Under the pieces are notes generated by a model, which worked only from the letters and a program-made list of their open reading frames with translations, was not told where the DNA came from and ran no database searches. From assembly GCA_963727835.1 (NCBI GenBank), contig CAVSIB010000026.1, forward strand, positions 13,051 through 77,050: a stretch of 64,000 bases of DNA, read 5' to 3'. Every line of letters starts with the position of its first letter. The stretch's first letter is position 1. The position numbers and the translations under genes are program-made. Shown piece after piece: positions 1 through 9,218 of the stretch. This DNA is from an uncultured delta proteobacterium (lineage in GTDB: Bacteria > Desulfobacterota > WTBG01 > JAGOGO01).

Positions 1-94
1 GATCAAAGATCGTTTAGGAAAGCTTAAGAAAAATAAAGCCGAGTCTAAATTAGATAAAAATATTCAGCTGACAACAGTTTCTCTTTTAAAAAAT

Positions 95-834
95 GTGATA
101 GAAGACCTTAGACAGCAACAGCAAAAATTAACCAATTCAAAAGATCAAGAGCAATATTCTTCCAAGAAAATATTGTTGGGGAGCGCTTTGGCCTTAAAGG
201 TTAACGAGATCTTTTTCGATATCCAGGGAGAGTCTTCGTACGCTGGCTGGCCTTGTGTTTTTATTAGGCTTACGGGTTGCAACTTACGATGCTCGTACTG
301 CGATACGGTGTATGCATATGAGGAAGGCAAAGAGAAGACCATTGCAGAAATCCTGGAAGAAATCAAAAGATTTCCTTGCACACTGATCGAAATTACCGGG
401 GGAGAGCCACTTCTGCAAAGCGATACCCCAATGCTCATCGAAACCCTTTTTGAAAAAAATTACCGCGTTCTTTTGGAAACGAATGGGAGCCTCGCTATTA
501 AGCAGTGAGCAATCAGTGCGTGAAAATAGTAGATTTTAAATGCCCCAGCAGTGGAATGTGCAAATTCAATAATTTAAATAATATAAACTATCTTGCCGAC
601 CAGGATGAAATAAAATTCATTATCGGAAACCGGGAAGATTTTGAATATGCCAAGGGAGTAATAACTCTTTTAAAAGAAAGGCCTTTTTTAAAAAGGCCCA
701 TTCATTTTGCACCGGTTTTTGGAAAACTAAAACCCGGAGAACTTGCCAAGTGGATACTAACAGAACAGGTGCCCGTTCGCCTTCAGCTCCAGATTCAGAA
801 AATAATTTGGCCTAAAAAAAAGAGAGGTGTCTGA
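95..834 (+). pseudogene. queE: 7-carboxy-7-deazaguanine synthase QueE (radical SAM), interrupted by one frameshift near 500-508
   Basis: ORF 95..508 carries EIFFDIQGES, CNLRCSYCDT (CxxxCxxC) and TGGEPLL. The expected continuation (VKIVDFKCPSSG...HFAPVFG) is in ORF 505..834 in another frame. The frame stays open back to the window edge, so the true start is uncertain. Confidence 0.8.
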
Positions 835-835
835 A

Positions 836-1536
836 ATGGGGGGAAAAGCGGTGGTCCTTTTGAGCGGAGGGATGGATTCTGCCACAACCTTGGTGATAGC
901 TAAAAAGGAAGGAGTTTGAAATCTATGCCTTAAGCTTTGACTATGGCCAGCGAAACTCTTTAGAAATTGAAAAGGCTGAAAAGATTGCCGTGTTTTTCGG
1001 AGCAAGGGATCACCTGGTGATCCCTGTTCACCTTAAAAAGATAGGGGGATCGTCTCTTACTTCAGTGGGGATGTCTTTGCCAAGAGGGCAGAGACTTCGG
1101 GGAGATTGGGAAAGAGATTCCTTCCACGTATGTCCCAGCCAGGAATACCATATTTCTTTCATACGCGCTTGCCTGGGCCGAAGTTCTGGGTGCTGGGGAC
1201 ATCTTTATTGGGGTAAATGCAATAGACTGCAGCGGATACCCGGATACAAGGCCAGAATATATCCATGCTTTTGAGCAAATGGCCAACCTGGCCACGAAAG
1301 CCGGGGTAGAGGGAAATTTAAAGTTTAAAATTCGTATCCCGCTTATAAACCTGAGCAAGGCAGAAATTATCAAAAAAGGGATGGAGCTTGGGGTTGATTA
1401 TTCGCTCACCCATAGCTGTTACGATCCCTTTCCCAATGGCATGGCTTGCGGTGAGTGTGATAGTTGCAGACTTCGCTTAAAGGGGTTTGAAGAAGCGGGT
1501 TTTAACGATCCGATTTCCTATAAGGAGATTCGTTAA
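836..1536 (+). pseudogene. queC: 7-cyano-7-deazaguanine synthase QueC, two frameshifts (about 915 and about 1068)
   Basis: ATG 836 gives MGGKAVVLLSGGMDSATT (PP-loop SGGxDS) and then hits TGA. Homology continues in a second frame (EIYALSFDYGQR...GGSSLTS) and then a third ([54 protein letters not shown]). Confidence 0.85.
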
Positions 1537-1550
1537 CATTAAATTTTCCA

Positions 1551-1902
1551 TTGAAGAGGTGTTTCCTGCCCGCTATTAGGTATAGAAATGTAAACCTTGA
1601 TGGACGGGAATACTGGGAATTTGAGACTGGAATAAAGATATTGCTGGGCCGCTATAGCAGAAAGAGAGGGAATGAGTCACGAGTGCCCCCTTACTCAAGA
1701 AAAGATCGATATCCTAAGGGTTATGAGAGAATATTACAAAAAGGACAATTCCCTTCCCCTGCTTAAGGCGGTCTGTAAAAATATTCATCAACCGAAAAAT
1801 TGTGCCTACGAGCAGTTTCTTGACCCGATTAAGGCATGGAAATTGCCGGACTTCCAAAAACCTACTACCGAGGTGTTTGCTCGCATTAGACACAACCCTT
1901 GA
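1551..1902 (+). pseudogene. DsrC/TusE-family-like relic, multiple frame changes near 1600-1670 and no C-terminal Cys pair
   Basis: Pieces VNLDG.., DWNKDIAG and AAIAEREGMSHECPLTQEKIDILRVMREYYKK...DPIKAWKL..KPT lie in three frames. The order matches the DsrC/TusE layout, but the tail ends TEVFARIRHNP instead of the conserved Cys-containing arm. Confidence 0.45.
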
Positions 1903-1976
1903 TCCAAGTTCCTGTCTATAAGACGTGTGGAATAGCAATAAAACCTTTCGGTGGGTTCAACAGGAAAGATTAAAGG

Positions 1977-2122
1977 CTAGTGTAGTGAATCTAACACTTC
2001 TTTACATAAATTCCAATGTAACCATTCCCGCGAAAGCGGGAATCTAGCCCAATAACACTGGGATTCCGGGTCAAGCCGGGAACGACAAAGAAAGCAAAGA
2101 AATTTCTGAATCACTACACTAG
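1977..2122. mobile_element. MITE-like non-autonomous element, 146 bp, 15-bp terminal inverted repeats (14/15 match)
   Basis: CTAGTGTAGTGAATC at 1977-1991 versus GAATCACTACACTAG at 2108-2122. There is an internal hairpin ATTCCCGCGAAAGCGGGAAT at 2024-2043 and no ORF of its own. Confidence 0.5.
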
Positions 2123-2501
2123 AACAAGCATCCCTAAGGATTGCTTGGGAAAGAATTTGAATTTCAGGGATACTGAAAAGGTTTTTTAGACAGGCCAAGG
2201 CCCCGCTTTCTAAAAATTCATCACTAAGTCCCTCGGTTGCAAACGCAAGAATAGAAAGAGAAGGATCAATTTTATTTATCCTTCGGGTAAGTTCAAGACC
2301 ATTAATTTTTGGGACCGTATAATCCGTGATGATTAAATCGTAATTTTTTGATTCTATCTTTTGAAGGGCTACCTCACCATTTTCAGCAGTATCTATTTCA
2401 TAACCAAGTGGCCGTAGTGTTTCAGAGATTATAAACTGGATAGATTCTGCTTCATCTACGATCAAGACCAATTTTTTTCTTGCCCGGATATCATTCCCCA
2501 T
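1977..2501 (-). CDS. Single-domain response regulator (CheY-like receiver) whose last ~49 codons and stop lie inside an inserted repeat element
   Basis: KKLVLIVDEAES, DLIITDYTVPKINGLE (phospho-acceptor Asp) and a later LACLKN Lys. GGAGGTG sits 12 nt upstream of ATG 2501 (the ORF track start at 2531 is a TTG). The tail SSVVIQKF...DSLH* is encoded by element 1977-2122. Confidence 0.75.
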   Translation of the reverse strand: MGNDIRARKKLVLIVDEAESIQFIISETLRPLGYEIDTAENGEVALQKIESKNYDLIITDYTVPKINGLELTRRINKIDPSLSILAFATEGLSDEFLESGALACLKNLFSIPEIQILSQAILRDACSSVVIQKFLCFLCRSRLDPESQCYWARFPLSREWLHWNLCKEVLDSLH

Positions 2502-2647
2502 TTTAGGAAAATTCACCTCCCCCAGGGGCAAAGACCCTTTTTCTCTTGAAGGCAGTTAAGAACATACCTTCAAGGAATTTTTGGGCCCCTAAATTTGGTT
2601 AAGGGCCCTCATCCTTGGCGCTTCATTAAAGACGCACAAAAAAATGG

Positions 2648-2833
2648 TTATTTCTTTTTGGCGGCCTTTTTTTTGGCCGGGGCTTTTTTTGCTGGCTTTG
2701 CGCATTTTGCTTTTTTCATTTCATCCTCCAATTTTTTAACTTTGTTTTTATACATGCCAACTTTTTTAGTTAGACTGTTAATAGATGTTTTGGCGTACTT
2801 AATCCTGAGCTCTATTTGCTTTGGCGTAGCCAT
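2648..2833 (-). CDS. Small lysine/alanine-rich basic protein (histone H1-like / nucleoid-associated type tail)
   Basis: 61 aa with a helical N-part and a C-terminal AKKAPAKKKAAKKK tail. A strong SD (AAAGGAGGAAAAGAT) sits directly upstream of the ATG. Confidence 0.55.
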   Translation of the reverse strand: MATPKQIELRIKYAKTSINSLTKKVGMYKNKVKKLEDEMKKAKCAKPAKKAPAKKKAAKKK

Positions 2834-3144
2834 ATCTTTTCCTCCTTTCTAAGGAAAAAAGATACTATATATTGTAAGCTAAAAATTTAATTACCACAAC
2901 ATATAGGACGATGTCAACAAAAAAATGCATTAATTTGTTTTTTTTCTGCTTATCCAACATGTTATACCGTATCACAGGGTTTTTTATCGCCAAAACCCAA
3001 AAAACCTTATAGAAATGCAAAAAAGCACAATTTCATTTTTATTAAATAATTTTAAATGGTTTTAATTAATTTTACTTGACTAGTTGGCTGATTTTTTCCA
3101 GTATACTAATAAATAGAGAAGAATATTCCTTGGATAAAAGACAA

Positions 3145-3826
3145 AGGGGTATCATGAAAATAAAAAAATCTCGTCCAATTCAACAAATAATTGAAGACCA
3201 GGTGAATAATTGGAAATCATGCCCTTCCGCACAAGGAAGAAAAGAAAATAACGGTTGTTACTATTTCAAGGCAGGCCGGGAGCGGAGGTCATATTTTAGC
3301 TCAACAGCTTGCTCAGAAATTGAGTTTCGATTTCTTTGACCAGGAGATAACCCAAGCAGTGGCTGAAGACGCCCACATGAGAACTTTAATGGTGGAATCA
3401 TTGGACGAAAAGGGGATTTCTGCTATAGATGACATAATTTCAGCAGTGGTGGAAAAACATCATCTCTGGGGTTACGAATATATGCAGCATCTTTTGAGGG
3501 TGATTGCTACCATAGGAAAACATGGCAACGCAGTGATATTGGGCAGGGGAGGGAATTTTATTCTTCCCCGAGAAGAAATTTTACGGGTAAGGGCGATAGC
3601 CCCACTGGCAGTTCGGGTTAAAAATATTGCCGAGTGGCTTAGGCTTTCTTCTGAACAAGCTAAAGAATACATCCAAAAAATTGAATTGGAGCGGAAAGAT
3701 TTTATTAAGAAATATTTTAAAGCTGACATTAATGATCCAGAAAATAATGATCTGGTGATCAATTTGGAAAAGCTGAGTATAGAGACTGCCATCGAAATAG
3801 TAAAGGCCGCCCTGAAGTCCTCATAA
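3145..3826 (+). pseudogene. Cytidylate-kinase-like (AAA/P-loop) family protein, one frameshift about 3225-3250
   Basis: The N-part MKIKKSRPIQQIIEDQVNNWK is in frame 1. The P-loop piece VVTISRQAGSGGHILAQQLAQKLSFDFFDQEI continues in frame 2 (ORF 3320..3826), and no start codon is available in that frame. Confidence 0.65.
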
Positions 3827-4068
3827 GCCAAGGACAACAGTGCTTGCGAAAAAAACAGGGGATAGGGGATAATTTCCTTGGGCCCCCTTTTCTGGCCCCA
3901 AAAAAACTTTTCACCAGGCATAAAAAACCTTTCATCGTCCCTCTTTTTCGCCTTCGATTTTTTGAGAGATTTTTATTTATTGTTCACAGGACCAGGTATA
4001 TAAAAAGATATTTTATTCGATAAGATATTTATTAAGCGTGGGGTATCTTTTCCAAAAACGCGACCACT

Positions 4069-4885
4069 ATGAGTTCTTATCCAACTAAAATCGCAGTGCT
4101 CACCCATGTTAATGATAACTTCGTTTCAGGGCCTTATTTATTGAGGTTTTTGGTTGACGCCTGGAAAAATGTTGGGATTGACATCCGAGTGTTGCGCGGC
4201 ATAGAGCATTTTGAACCAGCGGATGCGTTAATCTTGCACACTGATTTGACCATTGTGCCCGATGACTACCTTGCCTTTTGCAAGCAATATCCTTTTGTTA
4301 TCAATGGGGGTGTGGGTGATATCTCCAAGCGGAAGATCAGCTCCAGTCTTGTTGGCCAAAGGGATTCATATTTTGGGCCTGTGATCGTTAAGACCAATTG
4401 TAACTTTGGCGGCAAACCAGAACGAAAAATGGCTCGGCCTTTGTATCGGTTGTTAAGTAGATTGGCAGAATGGCTGCCCTGGAGCTGGACTGGACAGTTG
4501 CGCCCCGATAAGTACCCGATATTTAACTCGTCCCGGGATGTTCCCCGCGCCGTATGGCGCAACCCCCACCTGGTGGTTGAGAGGTTTCTTCCTGAGCGGG
4601 AAAGCGCTTATTATTGTTTGCGCCAGTGGATATTTTTCGGAGACCATGAGATAAACCACCGTGTTTTTTCTAAGAGTCCGATTGTCAAGGCAAGAAATAC
4701 ATATACATCGCGAGGATGGGCTACCTGTTCCAGAAGCACTGCGATCGTTGCGAACAAAGCTCCAGTTCGACTACGGTAAATTCGATTACACTCTCGTTAA
4801 CGGGGAGCCTATCCTTTATGACACCAACCGTACTCCCGCGGTTGCGTGGGCCCACTACTACCGCAAGGCAGGCTTCGATAGTTAA
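4069..4885 (+). pseudogene. Hypothetical ATP-grasp-like protein, one frameshift about 4690-4720
   Basis: ORF 4069..4779 continues in ORF 4661..4885 (…EDGLPVPEALRSLRTKLQFDYGKFDYTLVNGEPILYDTNRTP, resembling the C-terminal ATP-grasp strand/loop). Confidence 0.4.
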
Positions 4886-5048
4886 CGAACTCACCCAAGG
4901 ATTGTTCTCTTTTTTTTTCTAAAAAGGCGGGAAAGCACGGGGTAGCGACGCCGTGATAGTATCACGAGATTTCAAGGAAGCTCGGTGGCGTCCCACCAAC
5001 AGAGATGTAAAGCATGAGCCAGAGTCATCATAAGACTAGGAGTTATGT

Positions 5049-6239
5049 GTGGGAGCTTGGTTGAAACCTACCCAAAGCCTGAGCCAGATCTATGGTTCTG
5101 ATGTGATTTATTCACCACGGGCCTCACCAAACGCGTGCATTTGGTTGCCCCATGATGAGTTTATCTTGGATAGCATGACCGGCGGACAGATTCCCGTTGC
5201 GGGCGATATATCAATTTTCTGTGCGGCAGGCGTTTCAACTCCGGAGGGGCTGCAACTTCTCCGCGATGCAGGATTTGATATTCCGCGGGTGGTGTTTCGT
5301 TACTCCACTGTCACTGATTACCTGCACAAACTAAAAAGCCTGTACAATGAGAGAAGAAAACTAGCCCTCCTCCACGTACATCCAGCTTCTGAACTTCCAC
5401 CGGAAGCCTGTTGGGTTAAGCCGGAAACGTTGTCTTTTCTAAACAACAAGGCGAATCTTGCCGCACTGGTTAGCCCACGCCATGTGCCTACGCGTCGGAT
5501 GTTGATGCCCGGTCGTCTTCTCATTGAGCTCTCGTCTCATTGTTTTCCGCTGGTGGTGAAGGCCGCAACCGACGAATCAAGCGGGGGAGGCGTTGATGTG
5601 GTGATATGCCGGACAGTTCGGGACCTGAAACGGGCCACAGTCTTGTTTCGGTCTTGTACGCGTGTAGTGATTGAGGAATTCCTTCCGATAAAGAGAAATT
5701 TGTGTCTTAACTATGCCGCGACGGCTGAAGGTGTGATTAATTATTTAGGTTGCGCAGAGCAAGTTAGTAGTGCCCAGGGTAAATACCAGGGGAATTGGAT
5801 CGACCCTACGACCATGGCTCCCCCCTTAGCAATAGAGATTGGCACCAGGGTGGTGGCTGCTGGATTTGCGCTAGGATATTATGGTTGTGTGGGTATTGAC
5901 ATGGCAGTACTGGAAAATGATCGGATTATAGTATTTGACCTGAACTTCCGCGTTAATGGGTCTATCGCTGCCTTGTTACTTGCTGAGAGCGTGCAACACA
6001 CCACGGGCCGAACGGTGTTGCGATTTCGAGCTCTGCAGGGAAGCGGGATCTATCGTGATCTTTTCAATAGTGCTTATGCCGCTATACATAAAGGTATCTT
6101 TTTGCCGCTTTCCAGTTACGATCCTGAAGTAGGCGGATATCCAAGAGCGCGTCCACGAATGACTGGCCTGATCCTCGGAAAAACCCGTGAAGAAGTGGAA
6201 GAACATGAACGCGAGCTTTCCACAATGGGCTTATCATGA
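5049..6239 (+). CDS. ATP-grasp domain protein (carboxylate-amine ligase type), substrate unknown
   Basis: LNNKANLAALV, FPLVVKAATDESSGGGVDVVICRT, YYGCVGIDMAVLENDRIIVFDLNFRVNGS. The start is uncertain (GTG 5049 or an internal ATG). Confidence 0.6.
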   Translation: MGAWLKPTQSLSQIYGSDVIYSPRASPNACIWLPHDEFILDSMTGGQIPVAGDISIFCAAGVSTPEGLQLLRDAGFDIPRVVFRYSTVTDYLHKLKSLYNERRKLALLHVHPASELPPEACWVKPETLSFLNNKANLAALVSPRHVPTRRMLMPGRLLIELSSHCFPLVVKAATDESSGGGVDVVICRTVRDLKRATVLFRSCTRVVIEEFLPIKRNLCLNYAATAEGVINYLGCAEQVSSAQGKYQGNWIDPTTMAPPLAIEIGTRVVAAGFALGYYGCVGIDMAVLENDRIIVFDLNFRVNGSIAALLLAESVQHTTGRTVLRFRALQGSGIYRDLFNSAYAAIHKGIFLPLSSYDPEVGGYPRARPRMTGLILGKTREEVEEHERELSTMGLS

Positions 6240-6379
6240 GGCAAAAAGTTTGAAACGGGAACCAATGACGGAAGGCAGTTTTTTATCCGGGTTTATTCTT
6301 TTTAGATTTGTATTGTATCTTGCGAAATGAATAATTTTTGACGAACCATTGCGAGGGTTTGTCTCATTGATGCTGCAGC

Positions 6380-6679
6380 AGTTAACGCAAAAAGATTTTT
6401 GCTTCACTGCCCCCCCCCTGGGATTGGCCTGTATTGCGGCCACGCTTGAACGAGGGGGTTCACGAAGTTTGGGATGTTCTCTTTAGAAAAAATTGACTGC
6501 GGATCGACAAGGCTGACCACATCATGGAGGTAAGGCTCACGTTTTTCGGCCCCGATTTAATTGGGCTGAGCTCGGCCTCAGAGTTGCTTCTGGATGTAGT
6601 GAAATCAGCTCGCATTGCCAAGACGCTTTTTTCTCCGGGTGCTCGCCATGCAGTATCTTTCTTGAAAAAGGCTCGGTAA
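6380..6679 (+). pseudogene. Remnant of the N-terminal B12-binding domain of a radical SAM protein
   Basis: TAPPLGLACIAATLERGG then (frame change) HEVWDVLF, then FGPDLIGLSSASELLLDVVKSARIAKTLFSPGARHAVSFL. It contains a C9 homopolymer at 6410-6418. No radical SAM core follows. Confidence 0.4.
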
Positions 6680-7082
6680 GGCCAACCGCGAACTTTAGTC
6701 CTATGCTAAAGCGGGCAAGAGAATGGGTTTTGAGATTGGAAAGGTAGATAATCTTATCTGCCTCCATGGCGGCTTGAACAAGCGAAACGTTTTTAGGATG
6801 TGCGCCATTTATAGGAACATTTATCCATTCACCCTCATCAAAGTTAATGACTTTGATGTGAAGCTCTTCGGCAAGCTTATAAATTTTCTTTTTCTTTAAT
6901 ACCCGCGCGTTAGGTTGGCAAGCCAATCCACTGCCTGCTCCGAGAGCGATCTCCGTGACGCCGGATTCTTGAAGGAGGGTTACTACTGCCTTAATAAATT
7001 CAGGATCAGAGGAAGCAGGATACCGGTCAGGGCTATTGAAGTTTGCTTTTATGAGTACTTTATCATGAGAAGAAAAAACCCC
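6537..7082 (-). pseudogene. DUF362-family remnant lacking a start codon and the C-terminal part
   Basis: KVLIKANFNSPDRYPASSDPEFIKAVVTLLQESGVTEIALGAGSG...ADKIIYLSNLKTHSLARFSIGLKFAVGL. The open frame has no ATG/GTG/TTG before 6926. The portion below about 6690 is antisense to the rSAM remnant. Confidence 0.5.
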
Positions 7083-7264
7083 TTAAATTCTTCGAGCAAT
7101 ACAACAGCGTTTGATATTGTTGCTCGAAGGTCGCCTTTTCCCGCAACCTTGCTTACCAGTATTTTTGATTTATTGTTGCCAGAAAGCATACAATCATTTT
7201 TTAGAAGTGACAATAGAATAGGAATACCTTATCAAAGTTCAGCAAATTTTTAAAGGAAACTTAC

Positions 7265-7612
7265 TTAGGGTTCAATATTTTTAATAAAGGATTTCATTTC
7301 GTTCATGCTGATCCCCTTGCATTGTATGAGTTTACGGCGAGAGGTCTTCATCTTCAGAATTTTAATGTTGGATTTTCTTATCCGGAGAGCTTGAGATAAA
7401 AGCTCGATCAAGGCCTCGTTAGCCGCGCCTTCTAAAGGCGGTGCAGTTACTTTAACCTTGAGAGCTCCTTCGCTAAGTCCGACAACCCCGTTTTTTTTAG
7501 ACCTTGGCTGGACAATTACCGGAAAGGTGACGCCGCTTTCATGGGTTCGGATTTCAAGGGCGATGGTTTTTGGAGCTTCAAGATTCGCTCGGAGGTTTTT
7601 CTTCTGGTTCAC
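7265..7612 (-). CDS. yggU: DUF167 (YggU) family protein
   Basis: ALKVKVTAPPLEGAANEALIELLSQALRIRKSNIKILKMKTSRRKLIQ. GTG start overlaps the divIVA end. Confidence 0.75.
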   Translation of the reverse strand: MNQKKNLRANLEAPKTIALEIRTHESGVTFPVIVQPRSKKNGVVGLSEGALKVKVTAPPLEGAANEALIELLSQALRIRKSNIKILKMKTSRRKLIQCKGISMNEMKSFIKNIEP

Positions 7613-8099
7613 GGGATTCTTTTTCAGAAGATGATTCGAGGAGTCTTAAGTGGGTTTCCAAGAGAGATCGTAGTTCCTGCTTTAATATTATTTTTTTTCT
7701 TTTTAATTCATTGAGCTCTTCTTGGGTTTTGACTAATCGGCTATTGGTTTCCGCGATCATTTTTTCTGCTTGTTCTCGGGCACGGGCAATAATAAAGGTT
7801 GCTTCTTTCTGGGTATTTGCTTTTAATTCTTCGATAGCTATTTGAGCATTTTTTTTCATTTGCTCGGACGTAGCCTGAGCCATAAGCAAGGTCTCTTTCA
7901 GGGTCTTTTCCATGTTCTGGTATTCCCCGATGCGCGCTTCTTTTCTTTCTAGCTCCTCTCGCAGTTCTTTGTTCGTTTTTAACAGATCTTCCAGTTCACT
8001 GGCTATGGTTTCTAAAAAAGCGTCAACTTCATTGGTGTCGAACCCTCGGAACCGAACGGAGAACTGTTGTTGTTGAATATCAAGAGGTGTTAGTTTCAT
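7578..8099 (-). CDS. divIVA: DivIVA domain cell-division protein
   Basis: MKLTPLDIQQQQFSVRFRGFDTNEVDAFL followed by a long coiled coil. Confidence 0.85.
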   Translation of the reverse strand: MKLTPLDIQQQQFSVRFRGFDTNEVDAFLETIASELEDLLKTNKELREELERKEARIGEYQNMEKTLKETLLMAQATSEQMKKNAQIAIEELKANTQKEATFIIARAREQAEKMIAETNSRLVKTQEELNELKRKKIILKQELRSLLETHLRLLESSSEKESREPEEKPPSES

Positions 8100-8124
8100 C
8101 TTGCTCTACTCCCTTACTGACTGG

Positions 8125-8430
8125 TTAATGGAGTTTATAGGCTAATTCATAAAGGCTTTTCACTAAAAACTTTTGTAAAAAGATAATTCCCAAGAGAAGA
8201 ATGAGCGGAGAAAAGTCTATCCCCGTTCGAGTAAGCGCAAAGGGGAGTCTTCTTCGGATGGGATTTAAAACCGGATCGGTTGAGCGCCGGAGAAAAACCA
8301 CGACCGGATTGTAAGGGTCGGGGTTTACCCAGGAAAGAATGGCTCGGACAACCACTACCCACATATAGATGGTTAATCCGATATCAACCACATTGGCTAA
8401 TGCTTCAAAAAAGTAAGCAAGGAAGACCAT
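8125..8430 (-). CDS. yggT: YggT family membrane protein
   Basis: RAILSWVNPDPYNPVVVFLRRSTDPVLNPIRRRLP motif and two TM segments. Confidence 0.8.
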   Translation of the reverse strand: MVFLAYFFEALANVVDIGLTIYMWVVVVRAILSWVNPDPYNPVVVFLRRSTDPVLNPIRRRLPFALTRTGIDFSPLILLLGIIFLQKFLVKSLYELAYKLH

Positions 8431-8432
8431 GG

Positions 8433-9218
8433 TTAATCAGCTTCTCCTTTTTCTCCCAAATTTTTTTCGTAAATCAACCGAAGGCCCGCAAGAGTAAGGA
8501 GAGGGTCAACCTCCTCAATGGTTTTTGATCCTTCGGCAATTAAAGGAGCTAATCCACCGGTAGCAATGACACGGGGATTGGTTTTTACTTCTTGCTTTAT
8601 TTTTTCTACGATGCCATCAACCATGGCGATATAACCGAACACAATCCCAGACTGGAGGCTGGCAATAGTGTTTTTGCCGATCACGGATTCTGGTCTTATC
8701 AGCTCAATGCGAGGAAGCTTTGAGGCTCTCACAAAAAGAGCTTCGCTCGAAATGACAATTCCCGGCGCAATCGCGCCCCCCATATACTCCCCCCGGGGAG
8801 ACACATAGTCAAAGGTGGTTGCGGTTCCAAAGTCAACTACCACTAAACTCTGTTTGTATTTATCGTAAGCCGCAATAGCATTAACAATCCGATCAGCTCC
8901 GACTTCATGAGGATTGTCATACCTAATGGGCATTCCCGTTTTTACCCCGGGACCAACAAAAAGAGGGGTAATATGAAAGTACTTTTGGCAAAGCCCCTCA
9001 ATAGTGCTCACCATCGGGGGGACAACACTGGAGACAATCACCCCTTTGGTTTTAGCCATATCGATCTTGGCGGCTCGGTATAAATTTTCGATTAGGATTC
9101 CATACTCATCTTCGGTCTTGTCTTTGTGGGTTACGATCCGCCAGTGATTGACCAGCTTTTTATCTTCGAAAACCCCGAAGACGATGTTGGTATTACCAAT
9201 GTCAATGGTAAGGAGCAT
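8433..9218 (-). CDS. coaX: Type III pantothenate kinase
   Basis: [11 protein letters not shown]..., [17 protein letters not shown]. Confidence 0.9.
   Translation of the reverse strand: MLLTIDIGNTNIVFGVFEDKKLVNHWRIVTHKDKTEDEYGILIENLYRAAKIDMAKTKGVIVSSVVPPMVSTIEGLCQKYFHITPLFVGPGVKTGMPIRYDNPHEVGADRIVNAIAAYDKYKQSLVVVDFGTATTFDYVSPRGEYMGGAIAPGIVISSEALFVRASKLPRIELIRPESVIGKNTIASLQSGIVFGYIAMVDGIVEKIKQEVKTNPRVIATGGLAPLIAEGSKTIEEVDPLLTLAGLRLIYEKNLGEKGEAD

Noticed and set aside
506-508. The idea that the interrupted genes reflect stop-codon reassignment or selenocysteine/read-through rather than frameshifts.
   Set aside because: At every junction I examined (queE, queC, mfd, hyuB, GT4, asmA-like), the homologous continuation lies in a different reading frame. 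In-frame read-through quickly hits further stops.
2595-2852. The + strand ORF (FFLAAFFLAGAFFAGFAHFAFF...) opposite the lysine-rich gene.
   Set aside because: It is the mirror image of the AKK-repeat coding strand and has no SD. The minus-strand ORF has a strong SD and a protein-like N-terminal half.
5014-5064. The small ORF MSQSHHKTRSYVWELG between the two ATP-grasp genes as a graspetide or microviridin-like precursor.
   Set aside because: It is too short, lacks the Thr/Ser plus Asp/Glu-rich core typical of ATP-grasp-crosslinked peptides, and overlaps the start of the downstream gene.
4069-6239. The ATP-grasp pair as a compositionally distinct (GC-rich) genomic island.
   Set aside because: My hand counts on sampled lines (about 45-62% GC) overlap the spread seen in backbone genes such as gyrA and gyrB, so the signal is too weak to claim without computation.
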